Source: Acidobacteriota bacterium
Lineage (GTDB): Bacteria; Acidobacteriota; Vicinamibacteria; Vicinamibacterales; UBA8438
Assembly: GCA_009861545.1 (NCBI GenBank)
Contig: VXME01000076.1
Span: 75,325 to 139,324 of the forward strand
Reading direction: 5' to 3'
Length of the DNA stretch: 64,000 bases
The notes below the pieces were generated by a model. That model did not search any database. It was not told the DNA's origin and was given only the letters and a program-made list of their open reading frames with translations. Numbering within the stretch: the first letter of the stretch is position 1; each line of letters opens with the position of its first letter. Positions 26,059 through 34,956 of the stretch are shown piece after piece. Made by a program: the position numbers and the translations under genes.

Positions 26059-27911
26059 AGGTCGACCTCGGGTCCGGCCAGGGCGCCCATGGTGCTCAGG
26101 ATCCGGTCGGTCTTCCGCTTGTCCGCGGCCTCGTCCGCCGCCGCCTCGTCCGGATTGGTCGCGAACGGCGGGAACGGGAAGCGGATGGGGATCGGCTCGG
26201 GCACGATCGGCTGGGAGACGACCATCGTGCCCGGCATGAAGCGGGTCGCGCGGTCCCGCAGCGCCGGCGTCAGGAAGCGGTAGGCGTCGGACTCGCTGGC
26301 GTCGAGCCGCCCGGCCACCTTGAGCGAGGCGTTGCGCGGCAGCGCCTGCGCCACCGCGGAGGCGGCCTGCTGCGCGCCGATGAGCAGGACGCCGAGCGAG
26401 CGGCCGCGCTCGGCGATGTCCACCAGCAGGTCCTTCAGCGGCGAGAAGCCGTGCGCGGGCGCGTACTTGTTCAACTCGTCGAGCACGACGAAGCGCAGCG
26501 GGGTGCGGCCCGTCCCCTGCTTCTCCCGCCAGACGCGGTCGAGCAGAGCGCCGACCACGAAACGCTGGGCGTCGTCGTGCAGCGTGGAGATGTCGACCAC
26601 GTGCAGCTTGGCGTTCTCGGCGGAGACCGGCTCGAGGCCGCAGCCGATCAGCGGACCGATGTGGCGCCGCAGCTTCAGCAGCCGCCGCAGGAACGCCTGC
26701 CGCGTTCCGGACTGCGCCCGGCCGAACCACTCGTTCATCAGGCCTTCGTCGTCCGTGGACACCACCTCCTCGAGCAAGTCGATGAGATCGCCGAAATCGC
26801 GCATTACGTGCCCGGCGCCGGCCGATGCCTCGTCCGGCTCGCGTTCGGCCAGCCGGTCCGGGTTGAAGCCGGTGTTGGGAGGCACGATCTCGGCGATCAC
26901 CACGGCGCCGGTCGGGTCTCCCGCCAGCCGCCGCAGGCGTCGCAGGAGCTGGATGCGGACCTGCTGCTCCACGAAGCCCACCTGGGTCGAGCGCTCGTCG
27001 TCGGCGGTGAAGCAGAACTGCAGGAGCTGCTCGCGGATGAACTGCTCCGGGGTCCAGCCGTAGGCGTTCACGTCGGCGGTCCGGCGGGTCTTCACGTCGG
27101 CGACGTTGGTCTGCACGCCGGCCCGGCGCGGCGCGTAGAGCCGGACGGAGCGGAACGGCCCCGGATCGTCGATGCCGAGCGCGCGCCATTTCTCGATCGC
27201 CTCCGCCTTGCCCGCGAACTCGGCGTTCGGGCGGTCGACGTGCAGCAGATCCTCCCCCTTCGTGTTGAAGACCAGCGCACGCACGCTCTCGCGTCCGGCC
27301 CGGCCGCCCAGCAGATCCATGCCCTGCTCGGTTTCCAGGAGCTGGTAGAGGAGGAACAGCGCATAGGAGGTCTTGGTGGCGACGCCCGAGATGCCGGAGA
27401 TCGAGACGTGGCCGCCGGATCGGCCGTCGACGAAGCGCATGTCCGCGTAGACCGGCGCGCCGCCCAGGTCCAGGCCGACCGGCAGCTTGCCGCGTGTCAT
27501 CTCGTCCTCGAACAGGGCGGCCGTGCGGTGCTCTCCGACAGCCCGTGTCGCGGCGGCCCCGGCGTGCGGCGCGACGAACAGCTCGGGAACCACCCGCAGG
27601 ACGCGGACCTCGGCCCGCCGGACGTGCTCCGCCGGCAGCGTCCGGTCGACTACCCGGCCGGTGTCCGATGGCAGGTCGGCGCCCTCGAAGCGGGATCGCA
27701 GCTCGGTGACGATGCCGTAGTGTGTCACCTGCCTGCCGCCGGGCAGGTCGGTCGCGACGGCGACCAGCTCGTCGAGCTGGATCAACACGTCCGGGTCGAG
27801 CACCACGTGGAAGGTGCGCGAGTCGCTCTCGACCGATCCGTCGACCAGTCCTATGCGTCCATCGTCGTGCGGCGGACCGTCCGCCGGCGGCGGCATGCTC
27901 ATTCGCTTCAT
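26055..27911 (-). CDS. herA: HerA-like (DUF87/FtsK-HerA superfamily) hexameric ATPase
   Basis: ATG 27911 overlaps the nurA stop (ATGA). Has an N-terminal HAS-barrel-like FHVVLDPDVLIQLDELVAV, the P-loop SGISGVATKTS, Walker B RFVVLDELNKYAP and LLIGAQQ. The stop overlaps the sbcD GTG (GTGA). Confidence 0.8.
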   Translation of the reverse strand: MKRMSMPPPADGPPHDDGRIGLVDGSVESDSRTFHVVLDPDVLIQLDELVAVATDLPGGRQVTHYGIVTELRSRFEGADLPSDTGRVVDRTLPAEHVRRAEVRVLRVVPELFVAPHAGAAATRAVGEHRTAALFEDEMTRGKLPVGLDLGGAPVYADMRFVDGRSGGHVSISGISGVATKTSYALFLLYQLLETEQGMDLLGGRAGRESVRALVFNTKGEDLLHVDRPNAEFAGKAEAIEKWRALGIDDPGPFRSVRLYAPRRAGVQTNVADVKTRRTADVNAYGWTPEQFIREQLLQFCFTADDERSTQVGFVEQQVRIQLLRRLRRLAGDPTGAVVIAEIVPPNTGFNPDRLAEREPDEASAGAGHVMRDFGDLIDLLEEVVSTDDEGLMNEWFGRAQSGTRQAFLRRLLKLRRHIGPLIGCGLEPVSAENAKLHVVDISTLHDDAQRFVVGALLDRVWREKQGTGRTPLRFVVLDELNKYAPAHGFSPLKDLLVDIAERGRSLGVLLIGAQQAASAVAQALPRNASLKVAGRLDASESDAYRFLTPALRDRATRFMPGTMVVSQPIVPEPIPIRFPFPPFATNPDEAAADEAADKRKTDRILSTMGALAGPEVDL

Positions 27912-28891
27912 CCCTCGCGGTTGCGTTGCAGAACGGCCTCTCGTACGGCTCGAAGGGCCAGACGCGGGTCGCCCTGTAGATGGTGCAGGTGCCGTTCCAG
28001 ACCGGCTATCGGGGTCAGGTTGACCGGGGCCCGCGCGTCCCGGTGGAGTGCCGACGCGAAGTCCGGCAGCCAGCCCGCGGCCCGGTCCGCGGCCTCTACC
28101 GCGGCGGCCAGACCGATCCCGGCCGGCATCTCGATGCGGGCGATGCCTGCCCACGGGCCCGCCCACGGCCCGGGGTCGCCTACCCGCAGGTAGCAGCCGT
28201 ACAGCTCGTCACCCATCGCGAAGAGGCCCGAACGTCCGCGCACGGCGAGGCTCGGCACCCGGGTCCAGTGTTCGTGCGCAAGCATACGGCGATGATGCGT
28301 CTTGACGTAGCCGACTACAGGCAGGCCGCGCCGATGGCGGATGCCGTGGAGCGGGCCGTCGAGCACGGTCAGCCAGCCATCGGCGCAGAGCTGTTCGGCG
28401 ATGTCTGACTCGGCGTCGCGCATCAGCCGCTGGAGCTGCTGCCGGGCGGCTTCGATGTCGGCGCCGTCGACCGCGTACGGCTCCCACCGCCAGCCGTCCC
28501 GGTGGTCGGGCAGGTGGCCGGCGTTTCCGCCCGTGAAGATGGCCGTGCGTCCGATGCTCACCCGATCGAAGCGGGCCGGTGCGTAGGCGGTGACGAGCAC
28601 CGCGCCGGCGGCCCAGCTTCCCGCGAGACCCGTGTTCGCGTCGCCCGCGGCGCTGGTGTGGGTCAGGCGCGCCTCGGTGCGCATCGTGCCGTCCACGAAC
28701 GCGAGGCGGTGCGGGCGCTCCCCTGCGGGCGGGCGGTGTGCCTCGAACGCCCCGGCGTCCTCCACGAGCTCGCACTCGACGGCGTGCGGCGAGTCGTCGT
28801 CCGCCCGAAACCCGGCGCCGTAGGCGGCATCGAAGGCCTCGACGCCGAGCTTGCCGTTCCTATGTGCAGCGTCCGCCTGGTGCTCCGGCAT
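27908..28891 (-). CDS. nurA: NurA-like nuclease
   Basis: Acidic motifs LAFVDGT and TVLDGPL sit where the NurA metal ligands lie. Size (327 aa) and position immediately upstream of herA, with translational coupling, also fit. Called by motifs and context only. Confidence 0.6.
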   Translation of the reverse strand: MPEHQADAAHRNGKLGVEAFDAAYGAGFRADDDSPHAVECELVEDAGAFEAHRPPAGERPHRLAFVDGTMRTEARLTHTSAAGDANTGLAGSWAAGAVLVTAYAPARFDRVSIGRTAIFTGGNAGHLPDHRDGWRWEPYAVDGADIEAARQQLQRLMRDAESDIAEQLCADGWLTVLDGPLHGIRHRRGLPVVGYVKTHHRRMLAHEHWTRVPSLAVRGRSGLFAMGDELYGCYLRVGDPGPWAGPWAGIARIEMPAGIGLAAAVEAADRAAGWLPDFASALHRDARAPVNLTPIAGLERHLHHLQGDPRLALRAVREAVLQRNREG

Positions 28892-29001
28892 CGGAGATCT
28901 CTATTTCGGCGCAGCCTCTCTCGGAACTGTGAGCGTACGCCGACAGCGGTGACGGATCCTGACAGCGAGGTTGGGCGCCCTCGACTTGACTCGTGCTCCC
29001 A

Positions 29002-30096
29002 TCACCTCGGCTTCAGTATCTCGAAGAGCCTGGTCCGCTTCTTCTGCACGGCGCAATCGAGCGGCGTCCGTCCGTTCGCATCCTGCGCGCCGACGTCGGC
29101 GCCGGCGTCGACGAGGCTCTCGACGTAGTCGGCGCGCACGCCCCGCAGGGCGGCGAAGTGCAGGGCGGTCTTGCCGGTTCGATCCGCGGTGTTGACGTCG
29201 ACGCCGCGCGCAATCAGCCAGCGGCTGGCGCCGGGGCGCCTGAAGTACATCAGGTCCATGAGCGGCGTGCGGCCGTTGAAGACCTGCTCCCAGTCGGCGC
29301 CATACCGGTCGAGCAGCGCGCACGCACGCTCGTCCCCCTGATAGGTGACGGCGAACACGGCCGGGTTCGGATCGGCACCACGTTCGAGCAGGAACGCGGC
29401 CAGCGCAAGGTGCTGCTGCCATGCCAGGGCGTGCCACAGCGGCGTGGCTCGAAAGACCTCGTCGCCGTCCACGATCTCCTCGGCGGCGTCCAGGTCGGCC
29501 CCGGCGTCCAGCAGCAACGCCGCGCACAGCAACGCGCGGTCGCTGCCGTGCAGCTTCCACAGCCCCGACAGCGCGACGTAGTGCAACGGCGTTCTGCCAC
29601 GCGGATCGACCTCCCGCGCGCGATCCGGGTTGCGCAACGCTCGGACGAGGCGACCGTTGTCGAGCAGGCTGGCGGCCAGGTGGACGCTGATTCTGGCGCC
29701 GCCGCTCCGCAGCAGATCGATGAAATCCTGGGCCGGCGCCATGGCGGCGTACGCCAGCGGCTCGAAGTGGTGGGGACCGGCGCGCAGGTTCGGATCGGCG
29801 CCGCCCTCGAGCAACGCGACGAGCGCCTTCCGGTGGCCGTCATGCCTGGGAATGGTCGCGTGGTGCTCGGTGAGCCGGGTGAGCGGTGTATGGCGCGCGC
29901 CTGTGCCGGAGATGACATTCGGGTTGGCGCCGGCGGCAATCAGGGCCCGCACCATGTCGGCGCGACCGGCGTGGGCCGCGTCGACGATGGGCTTCCAGTG
30001 GCCGAGGCCGTCCGGATGGCGCTCGATGGCGGTTTCGAGGGCCGTCAGGTCGCCGGCCGCGATGGCGTTGCACTGGTTCTTGTAGCCCCTTGTCAT
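29002..30096 (-). CDS. cytoplasmic ankyrin-repeat protein (no signal peptide)
   Basis: Start ATG 30096 (MTRGYKNQCNAIAAGDL). Several ANK units (TPLHYVA, TALHFAALRG..). Lies 110 bp upstream of nurA on the same strand. Confidence 0.85.
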   Translation of the reverse strand: MTRGYKNQCNAIAAGDLTALETAIERHPDGLGHWKPIVDAAHAGRADMVRALIAAGANPNVISGTGARHTPLTRLTEHHATIPRHDGHRKALVALLEGGADPNLRAGPHHFEPLAYAAMAPAQDFIDLLRSGGARISVHLAASLLDNGRLVRALRNPDRAREVDPRGRTPLHYVALSGLWKLHGSDRALLCAALLLDAGADLDAAEEIVDGDEVFRATPLWHALAWQQHLALAAFLLERGADPNPAVFAVTYQGDERACALLDRYGADWEQVFNGRTPLMDLMYFRRPGASRWLIARGVDVNTADRTGKTALHFAALRGVRADYVESLVDAGADVGAQDANGRTPLDCAVQKKRTRLFEILKPR

Positions 30097-30300
30097 GTTT
30101 GTCAACCTTCCCTGCCACGGTTGCATGCCGGGAAGAGGGTACCGCCGCGCGGCAGGCGTGGGCGACCCGGCGGTCCCGACGAGCCACCGGAACACGCTGA
30201 GTGCACCCCTCGTGCGGCGCGTCAAGCCGTTGCACTGCACGATTCGTGAGTCCCGTCGATGGGGCCTTGAAGGAGAAGAAAAGTATGGCCATAATGCAGT

Positions 30301-30585
30301 ATGGTCACCACTACCATCAAGACAACGTACTCGCTGGACGTCGAGTCCGTGCGAGCGCTCGAGGAGTTGGCCGGCCGCTGGGGAGTCTCGAAGTCGGAAG
30401 CGCTCCGGCGGGCCATCCGGAGCGAAGCCGGTCGACAACCCGCCAGAGGCGGGGATGCGCTGGCGGCGCTCGACCAGCTTCAGGCGTCGCTGCGCTCACG
30501 CAACATCGATCTCGATCAGTGGGCGCGGGAGGTGGAGTCCGAGCGGCAGGCCGCGGGCCGGCGGCTCGGCTCGGAAACGCGATGA
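30301..30585 (+). CDS. ribbon-helix-helix antitoxin (VapB/CopG-like)
   Basis: TTYSLDVESVRALEELAGRWGVSKSEALRRAIR is an RHH pattern. The stop overlaps the next ATG (ATGA). Confidence 0.7.
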   Translation: MVTTTIKTTYSLDVESVRALEELAGRWGVSKSEALRRAIRSEAGRQPARGGDALAALDQLQASLRSRNIDLDQWAREVESERQAAGRRLGSETR

Positions 30586-30812
30586 TTCATCTGGATACGA
30601 GCTTTCTCGTTCGCGCGCTGATTCCGGGGACGCCGGAAGAGACGAAGCTGCGGAACGTGGCCGCGCGCCTGTTCAACGAGTCGGGGCGGCGTCGCGGGAC
30701 GATCATCGATTGCATGATCGGGGCGGCCGCTCTCGCCGACGGCGCCAGCGTCGCGACATCGAACGTAGCCCACTTCAGCCGATTCGCTGCTGCCGGCCTG
30801 AAGCTGGCGTAG
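30582..30812 (+). pseudogene. PIN-domain VapC-like toxin with apparent internal in-frame deletion (76 aa)
   Basis: The N-terminal MIHLDTSFLVRAL and the C-terminal IIDCMIGAAALADGASVATSNVAHFSRF are both present. However, the two conserved Asp lie only ~38 aa apart (about 90 expected) and the middle acidic motif is missing. The junction is near 30656. Confidence 0.55.
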
Positions 30813-30832
30813 GTCCCGGCCCGGGTCGGCCG

Positions 30833-32992
30833 CTACGGCGGGTCCGTCGTCTCCTCGCCCTCAAGCTCTCCGAGGCGCACAGCCCAGAGGCCCGAGTTCA
30901 TGTCCGAGAAGAAGATCGTTCCCTTGTGCGGCTGGGCGCCGAAGACCTGCGCCGCGTTCGGGACGAAGCCCTCGGGGTCGAGCGGCAGGAAGCGGGCTAT
31001 CTCCCGGCCTTGGCGGTAGAGGTTGCCGAGCAGTTCGCCCGAGACGTCCACGACCCGGAGGCCTCCGTTGTAGAACGCCACGTACATCACGTCGTCCTCG
31101 ACCCAGATGTTGTGACTCCCGGCCTCCGGGACCTCGTAGCGGGCGACCAGGCGCGGCGGCGACTCGAACTCGTCCCACTCCAGGATGTGAACCCAGCCGC
31201 GCCAGCGATGGGGCTCGTTCTCGTAGCCGGGCGTACCGGTGCCGATGGCCGACTCCGGGCTGTAGTTCGGGCCGCTGCGCGCCGCTTCGTCCCCGGCGAA
31301 AATGTAGAACTTGCCGGTCGACGCGCTCCGGTAGGGATAGACGGCGTGGTTCCAGCCGGTAGGGAACGGGAACTGCCCGATGAGCCGCGGCTCCTGCGGG
31401 CTCCCGCCCCTGCCGGCCCCGCCGACGTCGACCACCGCCACCCCGTCCGTCCAGTTCGCGGAGTAGGCGATGCCATCCCGGACCACGACATCGTGGATGG
31501 AGCGCGCCGGGTTGTCGAGCGCAAAGCTGCCGACCCGCCGCGGGGCCGCCGGATCCTCGATGCTGATGATGTCGTAGCGTCGGGCGGCGGAGAGCGCGTA
31601 CACGTGCCCGTCGTGGATGAAGGTGTTGTGGACGCCGCCCGTGAGCCGGTCGTCGTACTCGGCGATTTTCCGCACACCGACCGCCGGATCGGACACGTCG
31701 AAGATGACCAGCCCGTTCCGGCGGTTGGAGGCTCCCTCGCGGGAGATCACCGCCGTCGCGCCGTCCTCCGAGACCTTGACGTCGTTCACCGAGCGCGCGT
31801 CCACGCGGACGATGTCGACGACCTCGAGGCTCGCCGGATCCGTCACGTCCCAGACGTAGGCGTGGCCAGCGGCGCTGTGTGTCCCGGTCAGCGCGTAGTC
31901 TCGCCCGTTGGGCGCCTCCCACACCCAGAGATCGGTAGTGGCGCGATCCTGCACGCGGCCGTGCCCGACCAGCTCGATGGGCCGCCGAACCCCGCGCTCG
32001 ACGACCCGGATCATGGCGGAGGCCGCTACCGACCCGGTGCGGGCGACCACGGTATAGGCGCCGGGAAGATCGGCGACGAAGCGCCCGTCCTGCGTGATCA
32101 GGCCCGATGAAGGGCCCCCGCTGGTCATAGCGTCGCTGATCGCGGACACGCTGAAGGCGACCGGGATGTCCTCGATCGAGCGCCCTTCGGCGTCGGTCAC
32201 GGTGGCGGTCAGGTACGTCACGTCTCCGGTGCGGACGGCGTTCCGGTCGGGTGTCAGCGTGATACGGGCTGCAGGATTCGGCTCCACGTCGAGCGTCATC
32301 TCAGCCGTCGCCGCGCCGGCGGCCGCCGTGATCGTGACCCTGCCCGGCGCGCCGAGCATCAGCACGCCCCGGCGGGTGGTCCGCTGGTTGGCCGGCGGTT
32401 GCCCGATCGGCGACGCGATCGAACCGTCCGAGGTTTCCCAGTCGACCTCGACATCGTCCGCGAACGCTCCGTTGTCGTCGAGCGGCGTGGCCTCGAGCGT
32501 CACCTCGGTGCCGGCATAGAAGGGGCCCGGAGCGTTCAGCACGATCGACGCCGGCGGCCGCGGCAGTATGGTGAGCGGAACGCGCCGCTGCAGGTAGCCG
32601 CCCGCATCCGAATCGGCCGCCGGCGGGTCGCGCTGACTGCCCACCACGCGCACCAGCACGGCGTACTCGCCCGGACGGACGGTCGAGACGCGGCCGTCGG
32701 GCGATACCCTGAAGATGTTGAATCCCCAGGTGCGTTCCTCCAGGTTCCAGTACTGCCCGTAAAGGGGGAGATAGAGCACCTCGGCCTCGATCTCGTTCCC
32801 CTCGCCGTCGAGCACGGTGGCGCGGATGCGGGCGGTCTCGCCGGCCGTCAGCGTGATCTCCTCGGGCGAGACGGTGAGCGTGTGGGGCGCCGCCACTTCC
32901 TGTTCGGCCTCGTCCTGTGCGAACGCGCAGGCGGGAACGAGCAGGCCGGCGGCTACTATCGTCGAACGTAGCAAAGAGCTGGAAGGGAACAT
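30833..32992 (-). CDS. secreted Ig-like (Big_2-type) + LVIVD-repeat beta-propeller protein
   Basis: Start ATG 32992 (MFPSSSLLRSTIVAAGLLVPACAFA). Ig-like TVSPEEITLTAGETARIRATV domains, then LVIVD-type repeats (GLVIFDVSDP, GVAVVDVGG, GLRVVDVSG). Confidence 0.8.
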   Translation of the reverse strand: MFPSSSLLRSTIVAAGLLVPACAFAQDEAEQEVAAPHTLTVSPEEITLTAGETARIRATVLDGEGNEIEAEVLYLPLYGQYWNLEERTWGFNIFRVSPDGRVSTVRPGEYAVLVRVVGSQRDPPAADSDAGGYLQRRVPLTILPRPPASIVLNAPGPFYAGTEVTLEATPLDDNGAFADDVEVDWETSDGSIASPIGQPPANQRTTRRGVLMLGAPGRVTITAAAGAATAEMTLDVEPNPAARITLTPDRNAVRTGDVTYLTATVTDAEGRSIEDIPVAFSVSAISDAMTSGGPSSGLITQDGRFVADLPGAYTVVARTGSVAASAMIRVVERGVRRPIELVGHGRVQDRATTDLWVWEAPNGRDYALTGTHSAAGHAYVWDVTDPASLEVVDIVRVDARSVNDVKVSEDGATAVISREGASNRRNGLVIFDVSDPAVGVRKIAEYDDRLTGGVHNTFIHDGHVYALSAARRYDIISIEDPAAPRRVGSFALDNPARSIHDVVVRDGIAYSANWTDGVAVVDVGGAGRGGSPQEPRLIGQFPFPTGWNHAVYPYRSASTGKFYIFAGDEAARSGPNYSPESAIGTGTPGYENEPHRWRGWVHILEWDEFESPPRLVARYEVPEAGSHNIWVEDDVMYVAFYNGGLRVVDVSGELLGNLYRQGREIARFLPLDPEGFVPNAAQVFGAQPHKGTIFFSDMNSGLWAVRLGELEGEETTDPP

Positions 32993-33345
32993 GATGTGTG
33001 CTGCCCGGCAGTCCTCGCGCGCAACTCCCGTCGTCGGCATCGTCGGCAATCGCCCCGCCGTGGGCAGACCGGGCGCCACCGCCTCCGTGTTGCGACATCG
33101 TATCCACTCTCGGACGTCGCGCCAAGGCGCGGACTCGATCCAAATCGCAGAGGAGAAACGTCAACCGTGCAGATGTTGATCGGTCGCGTCGCCGCGGCGC
33201 CATCAGGCCCATCGAGCCACGTTTTGACAGGCTTGTTGTTGGCATCTAGAGTTCGAGTATTCGCGAAACGCGAGCGTGACGAGGATGCGTCGGCACGCGG
33301 ATTCGCCGTGCCTGTTGTTCGGGTCGTCAGCAGGAGGAATTCCAG

Positions 33346-33828
33346 ATGAGCTCCATGACGAGGACGAGGTTGTTCGTGGCCGGAGCCCTTGTGGTCGGGT
33401 TCGGTCTTGGGTGGGCGGTCAAGGGCGGTCAGGGTGTGGTGGAGGCGCAGGCGTCGGACGCTCCGTTCATGATGCAGCGGATCTATACAGGCACCGATGG
33501 ACTTTCGCACGTCGAGAACATCCCACTGAACGCGGACTCGGTGATGGAGGAGGTCACCGGCATGCGGGTCCGGGTGTCACCGCCGGGGAGCTTCATCGAC
33601 TGGCATGTGGCCCCGGGGCGCCGATACATCATCAATTTGACGGGTGGCGGACAGCTCGAGGTGGCGGAAGGCAAGGTCGATTTGCCCGCAGGGTCGGTCG
33701 AATACATCGACGATCTGACAGGCCAGGGGCACACGACGGCGAACGTCGGCGACGCACCTCGCGTCTCGATCCACCTCGAGTTCGCGGACCAGAACCAGCA
33801 CATCGGACCCCTCGGCACCGGGCAGTAG
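33346..33828 (+). CDS. membrane-anchored/secreted cupin-like protein
   Basis: AGGAGG RBS, an N-terminal TM/signal and a beta-rich GSFIDWHVAPGRRYIINLTGG...VEYIDDLTGQGH pattern. Confidence 0.6.
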   Translation: MSSMTRTRLFVAGALVVGFGLGWAVKGGQGVVEAQASDAPFMMQRIYTGTDGLSHVENIPLNADSVMEEVTGMRVRVSPPGSFIDWHVAPGRRYIINLTGGGQLEVAEGKVDLPAGSVEYIDDLTGQGHTTANVGDAPRVSIHLEFADQNQHIGPLGTGQ

Positions 33829-33942
33829 CCCGGCAAGCATCGAGGTGATCACCGTACGGTTCCACCAGGGGCGGGGGACCGGAATCCATCCCGGTTCGGC
33901 TGGAGCGCGGTGAGACGGCGGATCTACTGATCCCGCTGTCAG

Positions 33943-34956
33943 CTACATCGCGCCGATCCAGTAGAGGCAGCCGGGACCGGCGCCGTCGCCCATGGGTATC
34001 TCGCGTATGACCTCGAGCGTGTCCAGATCCACGACCGCGACGCGGTCCGCGGCTCGCAGCCCCAGATAGGCGCGTGAGCCGTCGGGCGCCACCAGGACGG
34101 CGCCGTCGCCGGTGTCCGTCGAGCCCACGGTCACTCGCTCGATGACGGTCCGGGAAGCAGCGTCCATCACCACCAGGGATGCCGCTTCGCCGTCGATGAT
34201 CAGCACGCGGCCGTCCGGGGTGAACTTCAGGCGATTGGCATCCTGCATACCCAGGTCGAGCGTCTCGACAACCCGTCGGCTCGCCACGTCGATTATCGAC
34301 ACGCCCCCATCGCCGCGGGTCGCCGTCCAGAGCTCCCGGCCGTCCGGCGACAGGTCGAGGCCCTCGGGCCTGACGCCCGGTACGGGGATATCGGTGAGCG
34401 TCGCTCGAGCCGGACCCGCCATGGCGCCCTCGACCATCGTCACGGTGTTCGAGCCGATGTTCGGCAGGAACATCAGGTCCCGGTCCTGATCCAGCACGAG
34501 CATGTGCGTGCCGTCCTGGCCGATCCCGAGCGTCCAGTCGATCTGGTCCGTTGACGGATCGTAGCGGCCGATGGACTTGTAGCCCTCGATGGTGAAGTAC
34601 ACCTTGCCGGCGGCGAACAGCACATCGTGCGTCAGACTGCCGGGGCCGGGATCCACCCGCCGGATTTCCTCCTGGGCCGCGATGTCGATGACCGAAATCC
34701 CATCGACCATGCTCGCCACGAACGCCAGCCGGCCGTCCGCCGACGCGGTGACCTCGTGCGGGTCCCTGCCGGTCGGCACGCGCCCGAGAACGGTTCCGCT
34801 CGCCGGGTCGACGATCGCGAGGGCGCTGGCATCCCTCAGCAGGACGAGAAGTCGCTCGGGCGACTGCGGCTGGGCGTCGGCGACGCCCAGCACGGTGACG
34901 ATCACCGCGAGCGACAGCGAGACGATCCACCGGAGCGACGTGTTGACTGAGCTCAT
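33943..34956 (-). CDS. YVTN-family beta-propeller repeat protein (periplasmic)
   Basis: ATG 34956 follows AAGGAGG. Repeated motifs GRDPHEVTASADGRLAFVAS, PEGLDLSPDGRELW and LVAPDGSRAYL. The long ORF 33943..36018 upstream of this start is shadow sequence. Confidence 0.85.
   Translation of the reverse strand: MSSVNTSLRWIVSLSLAVIVTVLGVADAQPQSPERLLVLLRDASALAIVDPASGTVLGRVPTGRDPHEVTASADGRLAFVASMVDGISVIDIAAQEEIRRVDPGPGSLTHDVLFAAGKVYFTIEGYKSIGRYDPSTDQIDWTLGIGQDGTHMLVLDQDRDLMFLPNIGSNTVTMVEGAMAGPARATLTDIPVPGVRPEGLDLSPDGRELWTATRGDGGVSIIDVASRRVVETLDLGMQDANRLKFTPDGRVLIIDGEAASLVVMDAASRTVIERVTVGSTDTGDGAVLVAPDGSRAYLGLRAADRVAVVDLDTLEVIREIPMGDGAGPGCLYWIGAM

Noticed and set aside
24802-27189. 795-aa ORF suggesting a giant SbcD, with similar N-terminal extensions on ORFs 66..1313, 1324..3174, 3214..5772, 26055..28166, 29002..30438, 33943..36018, 51359..52795, 51976..53682 and 60086..61951
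   Set aside because: The upstream portions overlap the real upstream genes in another frame and lack protein-like composition. Internal ATG/GTG starts coincide with RBS motifs, signal peptides or stop-start overlaps.
33292-33312. Hairpin GGCACG-N9-CGTGCC followed by TGTTGTT upstream of the cupin gene, considered as a terminator or riboswitch element
   Set aside because: There is no upstream same-strand gene to terminate. The stem is short, the tail is not a true U-tract, and no known riboswitch pattern was recognised.
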